Source: a virus. From it: DNA of 64,000 nucleotides. Position numbers and translations under genes: made by a program. Position 1 is the first letter of the stretch. Every line of letters begins with the position of its first letter. The stretch lies in the IMG/VR virus record IMGVR_UViG_3300031566_000003. One strand, written 5' to 3'. Below the pieces are notes generated by a model. It was not told the DNA's origin, did not search any database, and saw only the letters and a program-made list of their open reading frames with translations. Of the stretch, positions 51,783 to 61,473 are shown in pieces.

Positions 51783-52418
51783 TTAGTTATTTCTCCTAGC
51801 ACATGCCATTTTCGGCAACTCTTCCGGCCGATCATTTATCCTATGAACATTTGCTAATCGGTTAAATTCTTTTTCATTCGCTTCTGCCAGCAACTTGAGA
51901 GCAATAAGATTATCTGTCATGGGATACTTCTCTTTCTCTACTAAATGAATACATAAATCAGACATCTTATCTTTCTCAAGTCTCCTTACCGTTCCGGTGC
52001 TATAAAGAATGTAATCATATTCTCTTCCCTTCACCAAGATACGGCCTGTTTCTTCATAGATCTTTAACTCCTCTTCGCCAATCAGATCAAGCAACAATTC
52101 TTTAGCCCTCTTCTCTGCATCCTCTCTCTCCTCAGCCAATTTCTTTTCACGAGCCAATCTCTCAGCCTGAATAGTTCTAAACCGTTCAAGATCTTTAGGA
52201 TCTCTAGCAGCAAGAATTGGAGTCACAATAACAGTCCGTCCAGTCCCGCTAGACCAATAATTCCAAGTTGCAGTAAAAGAATCTGTTGTTGAGGAATGAG
52301 AATTCCAATAATACCATGCAGAATCAGCACAAAAAGAATCAGTAGAATCGTCTATTGAAGTTGCTGCTGTTGACGTTGGCGAACCATTACCACTGGTCCA
52401 GGATATCCATGATGCCAT
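51783..52418 (-). CDS. hypothetical protein with a Ser/Thr/Trp-rich N-terminal region (211 aa)
   Basis: Long ORF. Confidence 0.6.
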   Translation of the reverse strand: MASWISWTSGNGSPTSTAATSIDDSTDSFCADSAWYYWNSHSSTTDSFTATWNYWSSGTGRTVIVTPILAARDPKDLERFRTIQAERLAREKKLAEEREDAEKRAKELLLDLIGEEELKIYEETGRILVKGREYDYILYSTGTVRRLEKDKMSDLCIHLVEKEKYPMTDNLIALKLLAEANEKEFNRLANVHRINDRPEELPKMACARRNN

Positions 52419-52419
52419 T

Positions 52420-52644
52420 CTATCCTCCTACGAGAGCAGGAACAAGAATCATCTTGCCAAGAACAGGCTTGAAGCTTTTAATTTCTTCACTAGCCTCATG
52501 GTCTTTCCCCACAGAAAAAGCCAGATAGCCCTTTTTAAGAAGTTCTTCAAACTGCTTTTTGGCAGAATCAACTTCCACCTTTACCGATGGATCCCATATA
52601 ATTTTGACATCTCCTTTGGTACCAAGAACACTTATCTCCCCCAT
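52420..52644 (-). CDS. hypothetical protein (74 aa)
   Basis: Packed ORF. Confidence 0.55.
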   Translation of the reverse strand: MGEISVLGTKGDVKIIWDPSVKVEVDSAKKQFEELLKKGYLAFSVGKDHEASEEIKSFKPVLGKMILVPALVGG

Positions 52645-52676
52645 TGTTCACACCTCCTTTCTTACTGGCTTTATCT

Positions 52677-53273
52677 TCATTTATAAAGAATCTTTATTTC
52701 GTTCACGACGAACATAACAGTTGGAATTTTAAACTCAGCATCAATTATTTTTATGGCATTATCATACAAGCTACGGAATGCATGATTACCCATATCGAGT
52801 TCATTAATGGCGAACATAAGAATTTCAAATTTATCCATGCAAGCAACTAACCGGCCCTCTTTTGAATTATCCTTAGAACATTTCCATAAACGTATATAGC
52901 CATTTCTCACAATAACAGACAGTCCATTAAAGAGCCTCTCTTCAACAACTTTTTTTCGGATATTGTTCAATGCAATTGTGAGTTCAGAATTTTCATGATG
53001 AAGGGGATACAATATATCTCCAGTTTCACTTTCCTCAAGATCATGAAGAAGTGCTCTCTTAACAACTTCAGCTATATTATACAGATCCTCTTCAAGAACC
53101 AAATGGCCGCTGGAAATCCTTTCATTTTCCAGATCAGCAAAAAACATTGCAAATAAGGCTATGAAATAAGAATGTTCTGCAACAGAATACGGTCTAATGT
53201 GAGGAGTATTTGCACATCTATCAATGAAGGCCATCCTTTTTGTTCTTTTTAAAAAATCCAAAAGATTATTCAT
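52677..53273 (-). CDS. HD-domain 5'-deoxynucleotidase (YfbR-like)
   Basis: SVAEHS and LLHDLEESETGDILYP (cf. YfbR SEHS and HDasEvlTGDlptP), plus a later acidic CMDKFE block. Confidence 0.7.
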   Translation of the reverse strand: MNNLLDFLKRTKRMAFIDRCANTPHIRPYSVAEHSYFIALFAMFFADLENERISSGHLVLEEDLYNIAEVVKRALLHDLEESETGDILYPLHHENSELTIALNNIRKKVVEERLFNGLSVIVRNGYIRLWKCSKDNSKEGRLVACMDKFEILMFAINELDMGNHAFRSLYDNAIKIIDAEFKIPTVMFVVNEIKILYK

Positions 53274-53716
53274 CTAAATTTCCTCTTCCCCTGATTTCTA
53301 CGTTTAATGCCATAGATTCTCATTAATTTCAACACAGATGTCTGGCTAATTCCTAATGCCTTAGCAACTTCATAAGTTGTCATTAGGTATTTCCAATAAT
53401 ATGTATGGATAGCGCACCATGGAAAAATATAAGGAGTTCTCATCCTTGTCTTCTGATAAATATACAACTTTCTTTTTTTTGGCTTTTTTGCAAATCTACT
53501 AGACTGACTTTTATTCCGAATAGGCCACCCCCTGCTTTCCAAAGCATCATGAAAACGCAATCTACCGACTTTAAGAATTCTAGAACATTCAACCGCAGAT
53601 TTCTTGTTTCCATAATAGCATGTGAAAACGAAAGAAGTGAAGTTTCTAAACCCATACTCTTTAGATCTAAGATCAAGTATCAGTTCCAATTTTTTCATCT
53701 CCACAGAAAGGATCAA
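53270..53716 (-). CDS. HTH DNA-binding protein (two HTH-like segments)
   Basis: C-terminal TTYEVAKALGISQTSVLKLMRIYGI. The track start is TTG; there is an ATG at 53698. Confidence 0.55.
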   Translation of the reverse strand: MILSVEMKKLELILDLRSKEYGFRNFTSFVFTCYYGNKKSAVECSRILKVGRLRFHDALESRGWPIRNKSQSSRFAKKPKKRKLYIYQKTRMRTPYIFPWCAIHTYYWKYLMTTYEVAKALGISQTSVLKLMRIYGIKRRNQGKRKFR

Positions 53717-54071
53717 AGCCGTATGTCTTTCCTCTCTCTTTCACTTCCTTTATATACTTTTTTGTTTCTTTGATTCTTTCTTCTCTCTTTTTCAAATCAG
53801 CTTTAAATTCGTATGGGATTCCATCATTATCAATGATCTTACCCAAAGTAAGCGTATCATCTTGATACCCACTCTTACCTGTAGTATCTAAACTTTTACT
53901 TCCTATTTTGAATCTAGAAACAATCTTATAGGCAGAAAACTTTTTACACCCTATACATTCAATTGCCCTGATCCTTTCATTTTCCCAATCATTGATACTC
54001 ACAGATTCAATGTTCTCAAAAATTTTTCCACAAGCTACACACTGATATTCATAGATAGGAATTCTAACCAC
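53673..54071 (-). CDS. FmdB-family zinc-ribbon protein
   Basis: N-terminal IPIYEYQCVACGKIFE...CIGC, the CxxC-N-CxxC signature of the family. Confidence 0.65.
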   Translation of the reverse strand: MVRIPIYEYQCVACGKIFENIESVSINDWENERIRAIECIGCKKFSAYKIVSRFKIGSKSLDTTGKSGYQDDTLTLGKIIDNDGIPYEFKADLKKREERIKETKKYIKEVKERGKTYGFDPFCGDEKIGTDT

Positions 54072-54080
54072 CCCCTTTTT

Positions 54081-54428
54081 TTAACGACGGAAACCGGACA
54101 TTCTTATTTTCTTAATCTCGACGGATATTCCCCAGGGCCTATTTGAACTTTCATCCCCTTCTCTGATTTCAGAAATTTTAACAGGAAATTTATATTCTTT
54201 CCACATTTCAGAAAGCATTCCAGCCAATTCTGCTTTAATGAAACCAATTCTAACAGGAGTGTTTCCATCTAGCATTACAGCAACAGCATTTTTATCAAAG
54301 CGATTTTTCGGTTCTCTCTTCAGAAAAATTCTTTCTTTACCAGACAATTTCTTAATTATTTCTTGTCTATTGACTCCATATTCCTCATTAGCAAAAGTAA
54401 CTCCAACTACGTTAGTTCGCATTCCCAT
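54081..54428 (-). CDS. HIRAN-domain protein (115 aa from the ATG at 54428)
   Basis: VVGVTF...FLKREPKNRFDKNAVAVML...IGFI...A, the HIRAN pattern (vG......l.rep.N..D.nAi.v....iGyi). Confidence 0.65.
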   Translation of the reverse strand: MGMRTNVVGVTFANEEYGVNRQEIIKKLSGKERIFLKREPKNRFDKNAVAVMLDGNTPVRIGFIKAELAGMLSEMWKEYKFPVKISEIREGDESSNRPWGISVEIKKIRMSGFRR

Positions 54429-54429
54429 T

Positions 54430-55170
54430 TTATTTATCCTCCAAAATTCTTCGCAACTCATTCAATGACAAAAAATCTTTATTATTCTTAGCAACTTCTT
54501 CCTCCATATCCTTAGCGTTTAAACGAACTCCTGTCGCATTTGTAATAGGAAAATTATGGAAAAGCATCTGCACTTTCATTCCTAATCCATCGGCCCTGGC
54601 CCCTAAAACTAAGAACTTATCTTTCCAATTTCGCTCTGCAATGAATTCCGATATCCCACGTGGAATATAACCAACTAGCAGAAATTCACGCCAAATATCA
54701 ACAGCAACATAGACTGCAATAGCATTAGAATCAAAAGGATTTTTAGGATCAGCTTTAATCCTAATAGCATTCTCCATTCCATAGGCTAAAGATAAAACTT
54801 TTTCAAATGGCTGATTCCTTATCATATCAAATAAAGTTTCTTCTGGACTCCAGAAGAAGATTCTACCAAAATTTTCAAAAAACTCATGAATTAATACATC
54901 CCTTCTTATTAATACTGGCTCTCCTGGCCGAGAAGCCCTAGGATTATTCTCTGTAAAACTTGTTCCAACAATTTTGACTTCAAGATAATAGAAAGGAAAA
55001 TTAAAATGAGAAGGACTATAGAGAATTTTTATTAGATCTTCTGTAGGAATTAACTTATTATACATAGTCTTATGACTCAGTTTTCTCTTACCAGTCACTC
55101 TACCTTCCCTCAGTGTCCCCAATAATACCTTAGTTCTTGTTAACTCTTCGGCAAAATCTAATTTTTTCAC
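54430..55170 (-). CDS. HIRAN-domain protein (246 aa)
   Basis: KIVGTSF and IKADPKNPFDSNAIAVYV...VGYIPRG. 4-nt overlap with dnaE. Confidence 0.6.
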   Translation of the reverse strand: MKKLDFAEELTRTKVLLGTLREGRVTGKRKLSHKTMYNKLIPTEDLIKILYSPSHFNFPFYYLEVKIVGTSFTENNPRASRPGEPVLIRRDVLIHEFFENFGRIFFWSPEETLFDMIRNQPFEKVLSLAYGMENAIRIKADPKNPFDSNAIAVYVAVDIWREFLLVGYIPRGISEFIAERNWKDKFLVLGARADGLGMKVQMLFHNFPITNATGVRLNAKDMEEEVAKNNKDFLSLNELRRILEDK

Positions 55171-58100
55171 AACTCCTTAACCCAAGACCCACTTGCAAAG
55201 CCAAGTTTCAGCTTAGACCTATCAGTATTCAAAATTATAGAATCCTCTTTGTTCCAAAAATGCTTAACTCCCGAGACCACCAAGACAGATCCTTGCTTAA
55301 AATAATCCTTAGCCAACTCATAACTTTCAGGAAATAGAGTAATATTAAATACAGACTTTCCATCTTTCAAGATGACAAAGGCCATATTATCTCCCTTCTT
55401 AGTTTGGATAACATGAAGACGAGAAATTCTTCCAAAAACCATTACTCTCTCTCCGGGAGAAGTATCTCTATATTCTTTTTGACCCATTAATCCTTTAAAC
55501 ATTTTAAGCTGACTACTATACAAGCTAGATAGGGATTGTAATTCAAACCCGAAGATATCTTCCATAGCCACTGCCATTGTTTCTTTAGAAGTAAAAGCAA
55601 CTGGTAGATCAGGACTTTTATCCTTACGCAATCTAATATATTCCATCATAACAGCACGTTTATTCCCGAATTCTTTAAATGCTCCGGCTAGAATTAAATT
55701 AGTAACAACTCTTTTATTACATAATCTCTTATCTACCCTGTTTAAAAAATCTTCTATAGAAATAAATGGTGCATTTTTTACTATACTAACAACAGCCTTA
55801 TCTCCTACGCTTTTTAATGCCGTCAAGGGCCACCAAATTTTGCCCATAGCTGCTTCAAATTGCATTTTGGGTGCATTTATGTTAGGCATAGCAAACTGAA
55901 TGCTGTAAATTCGTCCTGCTACCTCCTTAACATGTCCGTATTTAGCCTGAGGCTGATAACGTAAATGACAAGTGAAAAATTCTTCAGGAAAATGAACCTT
56001 CAAGTATTGACAAATGAATCCAAGAAGAGCATAACTACTCGCATGTCCCCTAGGAAAAAGATAACTTCCTGCTTGACTAAATTTTTTCCATATTTTCTTT
56101 GCAACCTCTTTTATATCAGGTTCTTCACTCCACTTCTTCATAGCCCCAGAAATAAAGACTTGACGATAAGCTTTAAAGAGATCAAGATTTTTTCCCTTAA
56201 TAATTTTCCTAAGCTTATCTGCTTCTTTAATTGGCAGTCCGGCAAATTCATTCGCTGTACGCAATATGTGTTCACTAAAGACAATCACACCAAGAGAGTC
56301 ATTTAGAATATTCTTAAGTGAATGATGATCATATTCAATTAAAGAAGGATTAGCCTTCCGTGCTGCAAAAGTCTTATCTGCTCCAGCAGCTAAAGCCCCA
56401 GGTCTGGCTAAAGCATTTATCACAATAAGATCATTGAACTCAGTTATCTTAGTCATATTAATAATTTGACTGGCAGAGCCTCCACTGAATTGAAATACCC
56501 CTGTTAATTCTTTCCGGTTAAACATCTGCAAAGTTTTTTTATCTTCAAGGTCAAGCTTGTAGAGATCTACTGACGTTCCGCGAGTCTTCTTTACAAGATC
56601 CATTACTTCTGAAACAACAGACAGAGTCTTGACTCCTAATATATCTAAAGCCATTACTCCTATTTCATTCAAATCTTCTCTTCCTGTATGAGAATTTTCC
56701 CACATAGTTGAAATTATACGCTCTTTACTATGAGGATCTACTTGAGTTCTAATGGGAAGGATTTTATCTACAGAATCTGGAGTAATTATTACTCCAGCAG
56801 GATGCAATGAAACATTCTTAATGTTTCCGATAAGAGGTTCTATATAACGCTGCATTATCTTTTTATTATTCAAATACCATTTATCAAAAATATTATAAAA
56901 TTGTCTTGCTGTATCAACAGTTAAGTCTCCGTCCATAACGGATGTGACCTTATTAATAACTTGGAAAGTAAAATCCTTTTGCATTTCTGCCAGTCTATCT
57001 GCATCTTTCTCAGTTTTAGCATTTTCTATTCTCTCATCAAGACGTTCCTTTAAAACTCTAGTCACATCTTTAATGGCAGATTTTAATTGCATTCGGCCAT
57101 AAGTTCCTACTGAAATAACTCTATCTGAACCATATCTTTTTCTAAGATATTCAACAGCTTTTGACCTAAACTCGCTCCTTACATCAATATCTATATCTAT
57201 ATCATTAAGACTTCTGTACTTACTCACAAACCGTTCAAACATAATACTATGTCTTATTGGATCAATAAGTCCAAATCCAAAAACAAAAGCAATTAAACTC
57301 CCATTAGCACTTCCCCGAATCATACTGAATGCTCCATTGCTTCGCACAAAATGCAACAGATCATCAACTATCAAAAAATAATCAATTCCTCCTAGCTTAT
57401 TTAATACTGAAAATTCGTTTGAGAGTCTAGCTTTATATATAGGATCTCTTACTTTTTCTTTCAGCATTTGCTTTGCTCTATGAATAATAATCTTTTTAAA
57501 AAATTCGGCTTTATCTGATATTGGAAATTGTTCGTAGAGGAAATGCGTAGTATGATCAAAAGAAGGAAAGTATAATTTACCAGTTTCAACTAGATAATTT
57601 GCAGAGTCAACAATTCTAAACAAATTATCTATGGCTTGATGAAAAATCTTCTTAGGAACACTCTTATGTTCTATAAAATCTTTTTCTGCATCTGCCAATG
57701 TTTTAAGAAAGTTTGATTCAGAATCCATTTTAAACTTATTCTTTGTTGCCAAGTGCAACAAAATGGACTGCAACTTATGATCTCCTTTCTTTATATAATG
57801 CACATCATTTGTGAGCACAAAGGGAATCTCAAGCATTAGTCCAAGTTCAACAAGCATCTTATTCAGCTCATCCTGAATTGGCATGTCTAAAAATTGCAGT
57901 TCTAAAAAGAAATTTCCTCCATAAATCTTTTTAAAAAGTTTCGCAACTTGAATTGCACGTTCTTTTTTACCATTTAATAATAAGGCACTTACTACTCCGG
58001 ACTGACAAGCACTGAGAACCACAAGCCCTTCAGAATGTTTTTTTAGGTGAGCAAAGTCTGTCCTATTTCTATAATAAAAACCTTCTCTCCAAGAATCATT

Positions 58101-58481
58101 GTTAATCGCAATTAAATTCTTATACCCCTGAGCATTCCTGGCAATCAAAACAAGATGATAAGCCCTCCTATTCTCCTGAATGAATGCCTTATAGATTTCT
58201 TGTTTTTTCTTGTCTTTCGTCTTATCTAGAGCTTGTCGTACTTTCTGTATTTTTTCAACATCAGGAGAGACATAAGCTTCTAACCCCAAGAGAACTTTGG
58301 TTTTATACTTTGAACTCTCGACACTAGCTTCAGCATGAGATCCCATAGATCCATGGTCGGTAAAAGCTATGGCAGGAATTTCTAATTCTTCACAGGCTTT
58401 AAGATAAGATACTGGACCAAAAACTCCATCCAACAAGGAATAATAGGTATGAACATGAAGATGTGGAAAATTGGTAGACAT
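55167..58481 (-). CDS. dnaE: DNA polymerase III alpha subunit (DnaE-type replicase)
   Basis: 1104 aa. N-terminal PHP motif HLHVHTYYSLLDG...TDHGSM. Overall Pol IIIa length and layout. Confidence 0.85.
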   Translation of the reverse strand: MSTNFPHLHVHTYYSLLDGVFGPVSYLKACEELEIPAIAFTDHGSMGSHAEASVESSKYKTKVLLGLEAYVSPDVEKIQKVRQALDKTKDKKKQEIYKAFIQENRRAYHLVLIARNAQGYKNLIAINNDSWREGFYYRNRTDFAHLKKHSEGLVVLSACQSGVVSALLLNGKKERAIQVAKLFKKIYGGNFFLELQFLDMPIQDELNKMLVELGLMLEIPFVLTNDVHYIKKGDHKLQSILLHLATKNKFKMDSESNFLKTLADAEKDFIEHKSVPKKIFHQAIDNLFRIVDSANYLVETGKLYFPSFDHTTHFLYEQFPISDKAEFFKKIIIHRAKQMLKEKVRDPIYKARLSNEFSVLNKLGGIDYFLIVDDLLHFVRSNGAFSMIRGSANGSLIAFVFGFGLIDPIRHSIMFERFVSKYRSLNDIDIDIDVRSEFRSKAVEYLRKRYGSDRVISVGTYGRMQLKSAIKDVTRVLKERLDERIENAKTEKDADRLAEMQKDFTFQVINKVTSVMDGDLTVDTARQFYNIFDKWYLNNKKIMQRYIEPLIGNIKNVSLHPAGVIITPDSVDKILPIRTQVDPHSKERIISTMWENSHTGREDLNEIGVMALDILGVKTLSVVSEVMDLVKKTRGTSVDLYKLDLEDKKTLQMFNRKELTGVFQFSGGSASQIINMTKITEFNDLIVINALARPGALAAGADKTFAARKANPSLIEYDHHSLKNILNDSLGVIVFSEHILRTANEFAGLPIKEADKLRKIIKGKNLDLFKAYRQVFISGAMKKWSEEPDIKEVAKKIWKKFSQAGSYLFPRGHASSYALLGFICQYLKVHFPEEFFTCHLRYQPQAKYGHVKEVAGRIYSIQFAMPNINAPKMQFEAAMGKIWWPLTALKSVGDKAVVSIVKNAPFISIEDFLNRVDKRLCNKRVVTNLILAGAFKEFGNKRAVMMEYIRLRKDKSPDLPVAFTSKETMAVAMEDIFGFELQSLSSLYSSQLKMFKGLMGQKEYRDTSPGERVMVFGRISRLHVIQTKKGDNMAFVILKDGKSVFNITLFPESYELAKDYFKQGSVLVVSGVKHFWNKEDSIILNTDRSKLKLGFASGSWVKEL

Positions 58482-58487
58482 ATCTTT

Positions 58488-59714
58488 TTAATGATGGAAA
58501 ATATATTCATCTATTTTAGCTATTTTTTCAGGACCAAGAAAAGAAAAATGATCATGAATCATAGCTTTTGCAATAATTACTTCAGGAGAAATTAAATTCT
58601 CCTTCGTTCCTTTCCTGACCAAATATTCAAGACAAGAAATAAAAATATCGGCTGCCACAACCTTATCTAAACACATGAACGCCAAGGATAAATCCCCTTT
58701 CTTAAGAGCTCTATAGGATAGAGCCAAGAAAATTGCATCAATTAGAAAATTAAAGAACAGAGTCTCCCTTGTGTAGTTTTCCACAATCTCTTCTGAGTCA
58801 CCATTTCTTATCGCCTGTTCAAGAGCCATAAATTTCTTAAGCTCTATGTCTAAAATTTGATAATTTGAATAATTCATACCAAGATCTTTATATCTTCTGA
58901 AATTTAGCCAAAAAGGCTTAGGAGCAACGTAATCATATACACTGAAGGGCCTTTTTTCAAGATCCTCGGCTAAAATTCGCGATGTTATTGGGCTATCTGT
59001 ATAAAAATGGAGAGAATTAATTAAATGAATCTGCTTACCTAAAGGTCTTCCGAGACACATAGTGAGCGCTTCAAGTATAACACTGAATTGTACTACATTC
59101 GCATTAAACAATCCCAAGTGGATATCGTTTGATCTGTTATAGACAGTAAGCTGAAGAGCAGATTCGCGAATCAAAAAATGAAGAGCAAAATTACATGGTC
59201 TATCAATAGTAGCCATCCCAATATTGTCAAAAGCAGGGTTCCAAAGTGTAACAAGCGCATGGCGAGTATCAGGATCAATATCAAGATAGTCAAAACAATT
59301 CTTTAACTGATCGGGGGGATAACCAACTACGGATCGAAGAGTATAAACCGCATCCCGGTAAGCCCCAAAATCACGAATTCGCTTTCCATACGGAGCATGA
59401 AATTCTTTTTCTCCATCTGAATACTTTTCTATATCTTTCAGATAATAAGAAATCCACTCTACCGACGACCCACCTGAAAGAATCCAAATAGCTTCCATTA
59501 CCTGAAAATAAGGATTAATCCATCGGCCAGGACAAGTTAAAAATCTTTTTCTAGGATCTGAAAGAATAAGAACTACAGGTCTGACTTCTTTCGTTTCCAT
59601 TCCTCTTGAAACAACTATGTCTCCAAATTGAACAAGACTCTTGACTGTTTGTAAATAACAATCATTCACGCCATCAGCTTCTATTATCCCGTAGTTGGTA
59701 AGATCAGCATCCAT
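58488..59714 (-). CDS. divergent thymidylate synthase (ThyA)-fold enzyme with a C-terminal extension, possibly a pyrimidine hydroxymethylase
   Basis: TLWNP, DRPCN (catalytic Cys context), YNRSNDIHLGLFNAN (cf. YQRS.D..LG.PFNI) and SLHFY. About 130 extra C-terminal residues. Confidence 0.6.
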   Translation of the reverse strand: MDADLTNYGIIEADGVNDCYLQTVKSLVQFGDIVVSRGMETKEVRPVVLILSDPRKRFLTCPGRWINPYFQVMEAIWILSGGSSVEWISYYLKDIEKYSDGEKEFHAPYGKRIRDFGAYRDAVYTLRSVVGYPPDQLKNCFDYLDIDPDTRHALVTLWNPAFDNIGMATIDRPCNFALHFLIRESALQLTVYNRSNDIHLGLFNANVVQFSVILEALTMCLGRPLGKQIHLINSLHFYTDSPITSRILAEDLEKRPFSVYDYVAPKPFWLNFRRYKDLGMNYSNYQILDIELKKFMALEQAIRNGDSEEIVENYTRETLFFNFLIDAIFLALSYRALKKGDLSLAFMCLDKVVAADIFISCLEYLVRKGTKENLISPEVIIAKAMIHDHFSFLGPEKIAKIDEYIFHH

Positions 59715-59737
59715 TACCTACCTCCATTATTCATGCA

Positions 59738-60007
59738 TTATGCAATGATTATTTTACTTTCATCCAGATTGTGTTCAAAGATGACCTTAACTACACGATA
59801 TTCTTTCCGTCTTTCAAGAAAGAAAGTCCCTCCGTCTTTCAATCCCATGACCATATTGGCAAAACGAGAAAAATCTGAAATTCTAATGCGAATTGATATA
59901 TAATCCAGACTAATTATTTCTGAAATAGAGGCCATTGGATCATTATTAATAGGATCCTTTGCGTTACTCATGATTCGCCTCACTGGGAAATAAGTGCTTT
60001 GCTCCAA
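59738..60007 (-). CDS. hypothetical protein (89 aa)
   Basis: Packed ORF; the start is uncertain because it overlaps 59964-60281. Confidence 0.5.
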   Translation of the reverse strand: MEQSTYFPVRRIMSNAKDPINNDPMASISEIISLDYISIRIRISDFSRFANMVMGLKDGGTFFLERRKEYRVVKVIFEHNLDESKIIIA

Positions 60008-60281
60008 AAATAATAGCTAAGAAAAAGATAAACAAAGATGATCCAAAGTAAAGCATTATCGGAACCGTTGTACCAGGATGTAAAAAATAATCGTAGCCTC
60101 TGGTAAGAAGTGAACCAGAGATAAAAGCACACCCTACCGATTTCAGAATATCTTTGTAATTGTCGCTTACATGAATTTCAGAGTCTGTGAGCTTTTCATC
60201 CTTCATTGTGTCATCCTCTTTTAGAGATAAAAAAAAACAATAAACCATTTTACTAACCCATATACGAAATTCTGTAGGCAA
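59964..60281 (-). CDS. hypothetical membrane protein (105 aa)
   Basis: Hydrophobic helices at both ends. Confidence 0.5.
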   Translation of the reverse strand: MPTEFRIWVSKMVYCFFLSLKEDDTMKDEKLTDSEIHVSDNYKDILKSVGCAFISGSLLTRGYDYFLHPGTTVPIMLYFGSSLFIFFLAIIFGAKHLFPSEANHE

Positions 60282-60284
60282 GGT

Positions 60285-60857
60285 TTACATCAACACAATT
60301 ATTCCAAGGACAGACCAGTCATGTTTTCTCATTTTCTTTATATGTTCAATGGGATAGCCAAGAACTTTTAGACACCGAGGACGATTCCTGGTCGAAGAAG
60401 GAATAGCACACATTCCTATTCTACCTTCTGTTCTGGGGTTAAGACAAAGTTGGCAAGTATACTGCACCATGAACATCATACATTCATGCCATCCTTGCCT
60501 CACTAATCCTAATCTTAAGGAATATAAATCTCCCTGAAATTTCAAAATCTGATAATGAAGAATGTTTTTCTTATGCTGTTGGATGTGATCTTGGAGTCTA
60601 TATCCACGCCAGTATTCTCTTCTTATTCCTCTTATCATTTTTCGAGAATCGTAGTCACACCAGGGACATTTCACCCCTCCTATTTTTTCTCTAAAGGGAC
60701 GCTCAAAAAGAAGCGCTTCCTTTCCCCACAAGATCTCTCCGAGTTGATACGGAGTAATCCCCATTGCCTTAAAATCATACAGATAGCATGGATGAGGCTT
60801 TTTTAATTCAGGAATCCATTCTTTAATTTCTATATGGTCTACTAAATCAAGAATCAT
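60285..60857 (-). CDS. hypothetical Cys/His-rich protein (190 aa)
   Basis: Packed ORF. Confidence 0.6.
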   Translation of the reverse strand: MILDLVDHIEIKEWIPELKKPHPCYLYDFKAMGITPYQLGEILWGKEALLFERPFREKIGGVKCPWCDYDSRKMIRGIRREYWRGYRLQDHIQQHKKNILHYQILKFQGDLYSLRLGLVRQGWHECMMFMVQYTCQLCLNPRTEGRIGMCAIPSSTRNRPRCLKVLGYPIEHIKKMRKHDWSVLGIIVLM

Positions 60858-61473
60858 TTTTTTTCACCATTAATGCTACTTGCGTAAGATAATTACGAAC
60901 CGGATACTCATAAGGAATACCTAACTTTTTAAGAAGAGAATATACATTGATGCCTGTAGCTTCAAGACTAGGAAGGCCTCCTTTTTTGCAAGGAGGATTG
61001 CTTCTATTAGGACATTTGCCACACTTGTCACAGTGGCCTTGAATAAAAGTGGCAACAGTAAAGCCTCTCTTTTTATTCACTAATTCAGCTTTCTTCATTA
61101 AATGCGTTAGCTTCCGAGCACTACTCGCCTCTACTCCCTTCAACTGCCTTCCTAATCTAACCTGAAGTTTAATGTGAGCAAAGTCTCCCCACTCTTTTTG
61201 ATACCACCATCTCCTTCTTCCATCATTTTTAAACACATAAAGGTAGGCTTCATCAAAAGAATCAAAATATTCCCTTGAAGAATCTATGGTTTTAAATTGT
61301 GGATAAGTGAGAGGAAGCAAAGGAGGGCAAAGAATTCCGCGATTATATAATCCGCAATTAGTACACAGAATTCTGGCATAAGCATCAATCACCAAATCCT
61401 TAGGATCCATAAGCACAATTTGATCCAAAAAAGGAGGAAAGTTTTTAGTTTCTGTATAAGCTAATTTTTTCAT
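60847..61473 (-). CDS. DUF2284-like metal-binding protein
   Basis: CTNCGLYNRGILCPP and GHCDKCGKCPNRSNPPC Cys motifs. Confidence 0.55.
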   Translation of the reverse strand: MKKLAYTETKNFPPFLDQIVLMDPKDLVIDAYARILCTNCGLYNRGILCPPLLPLTYPQFKTIDSSREYFDSFDEAYLYVFKNDGRRRWWYQKEWGDFAHIKLQVRLGRQLKGVEASSARKLTHLMKKAELVNKKRGFTVATFIQGHCDKCGKCPNRSNPPCKKGGLPSLEATGINVYSLLKKLGIPYEYPVRNYLTQVALMVKKNDS

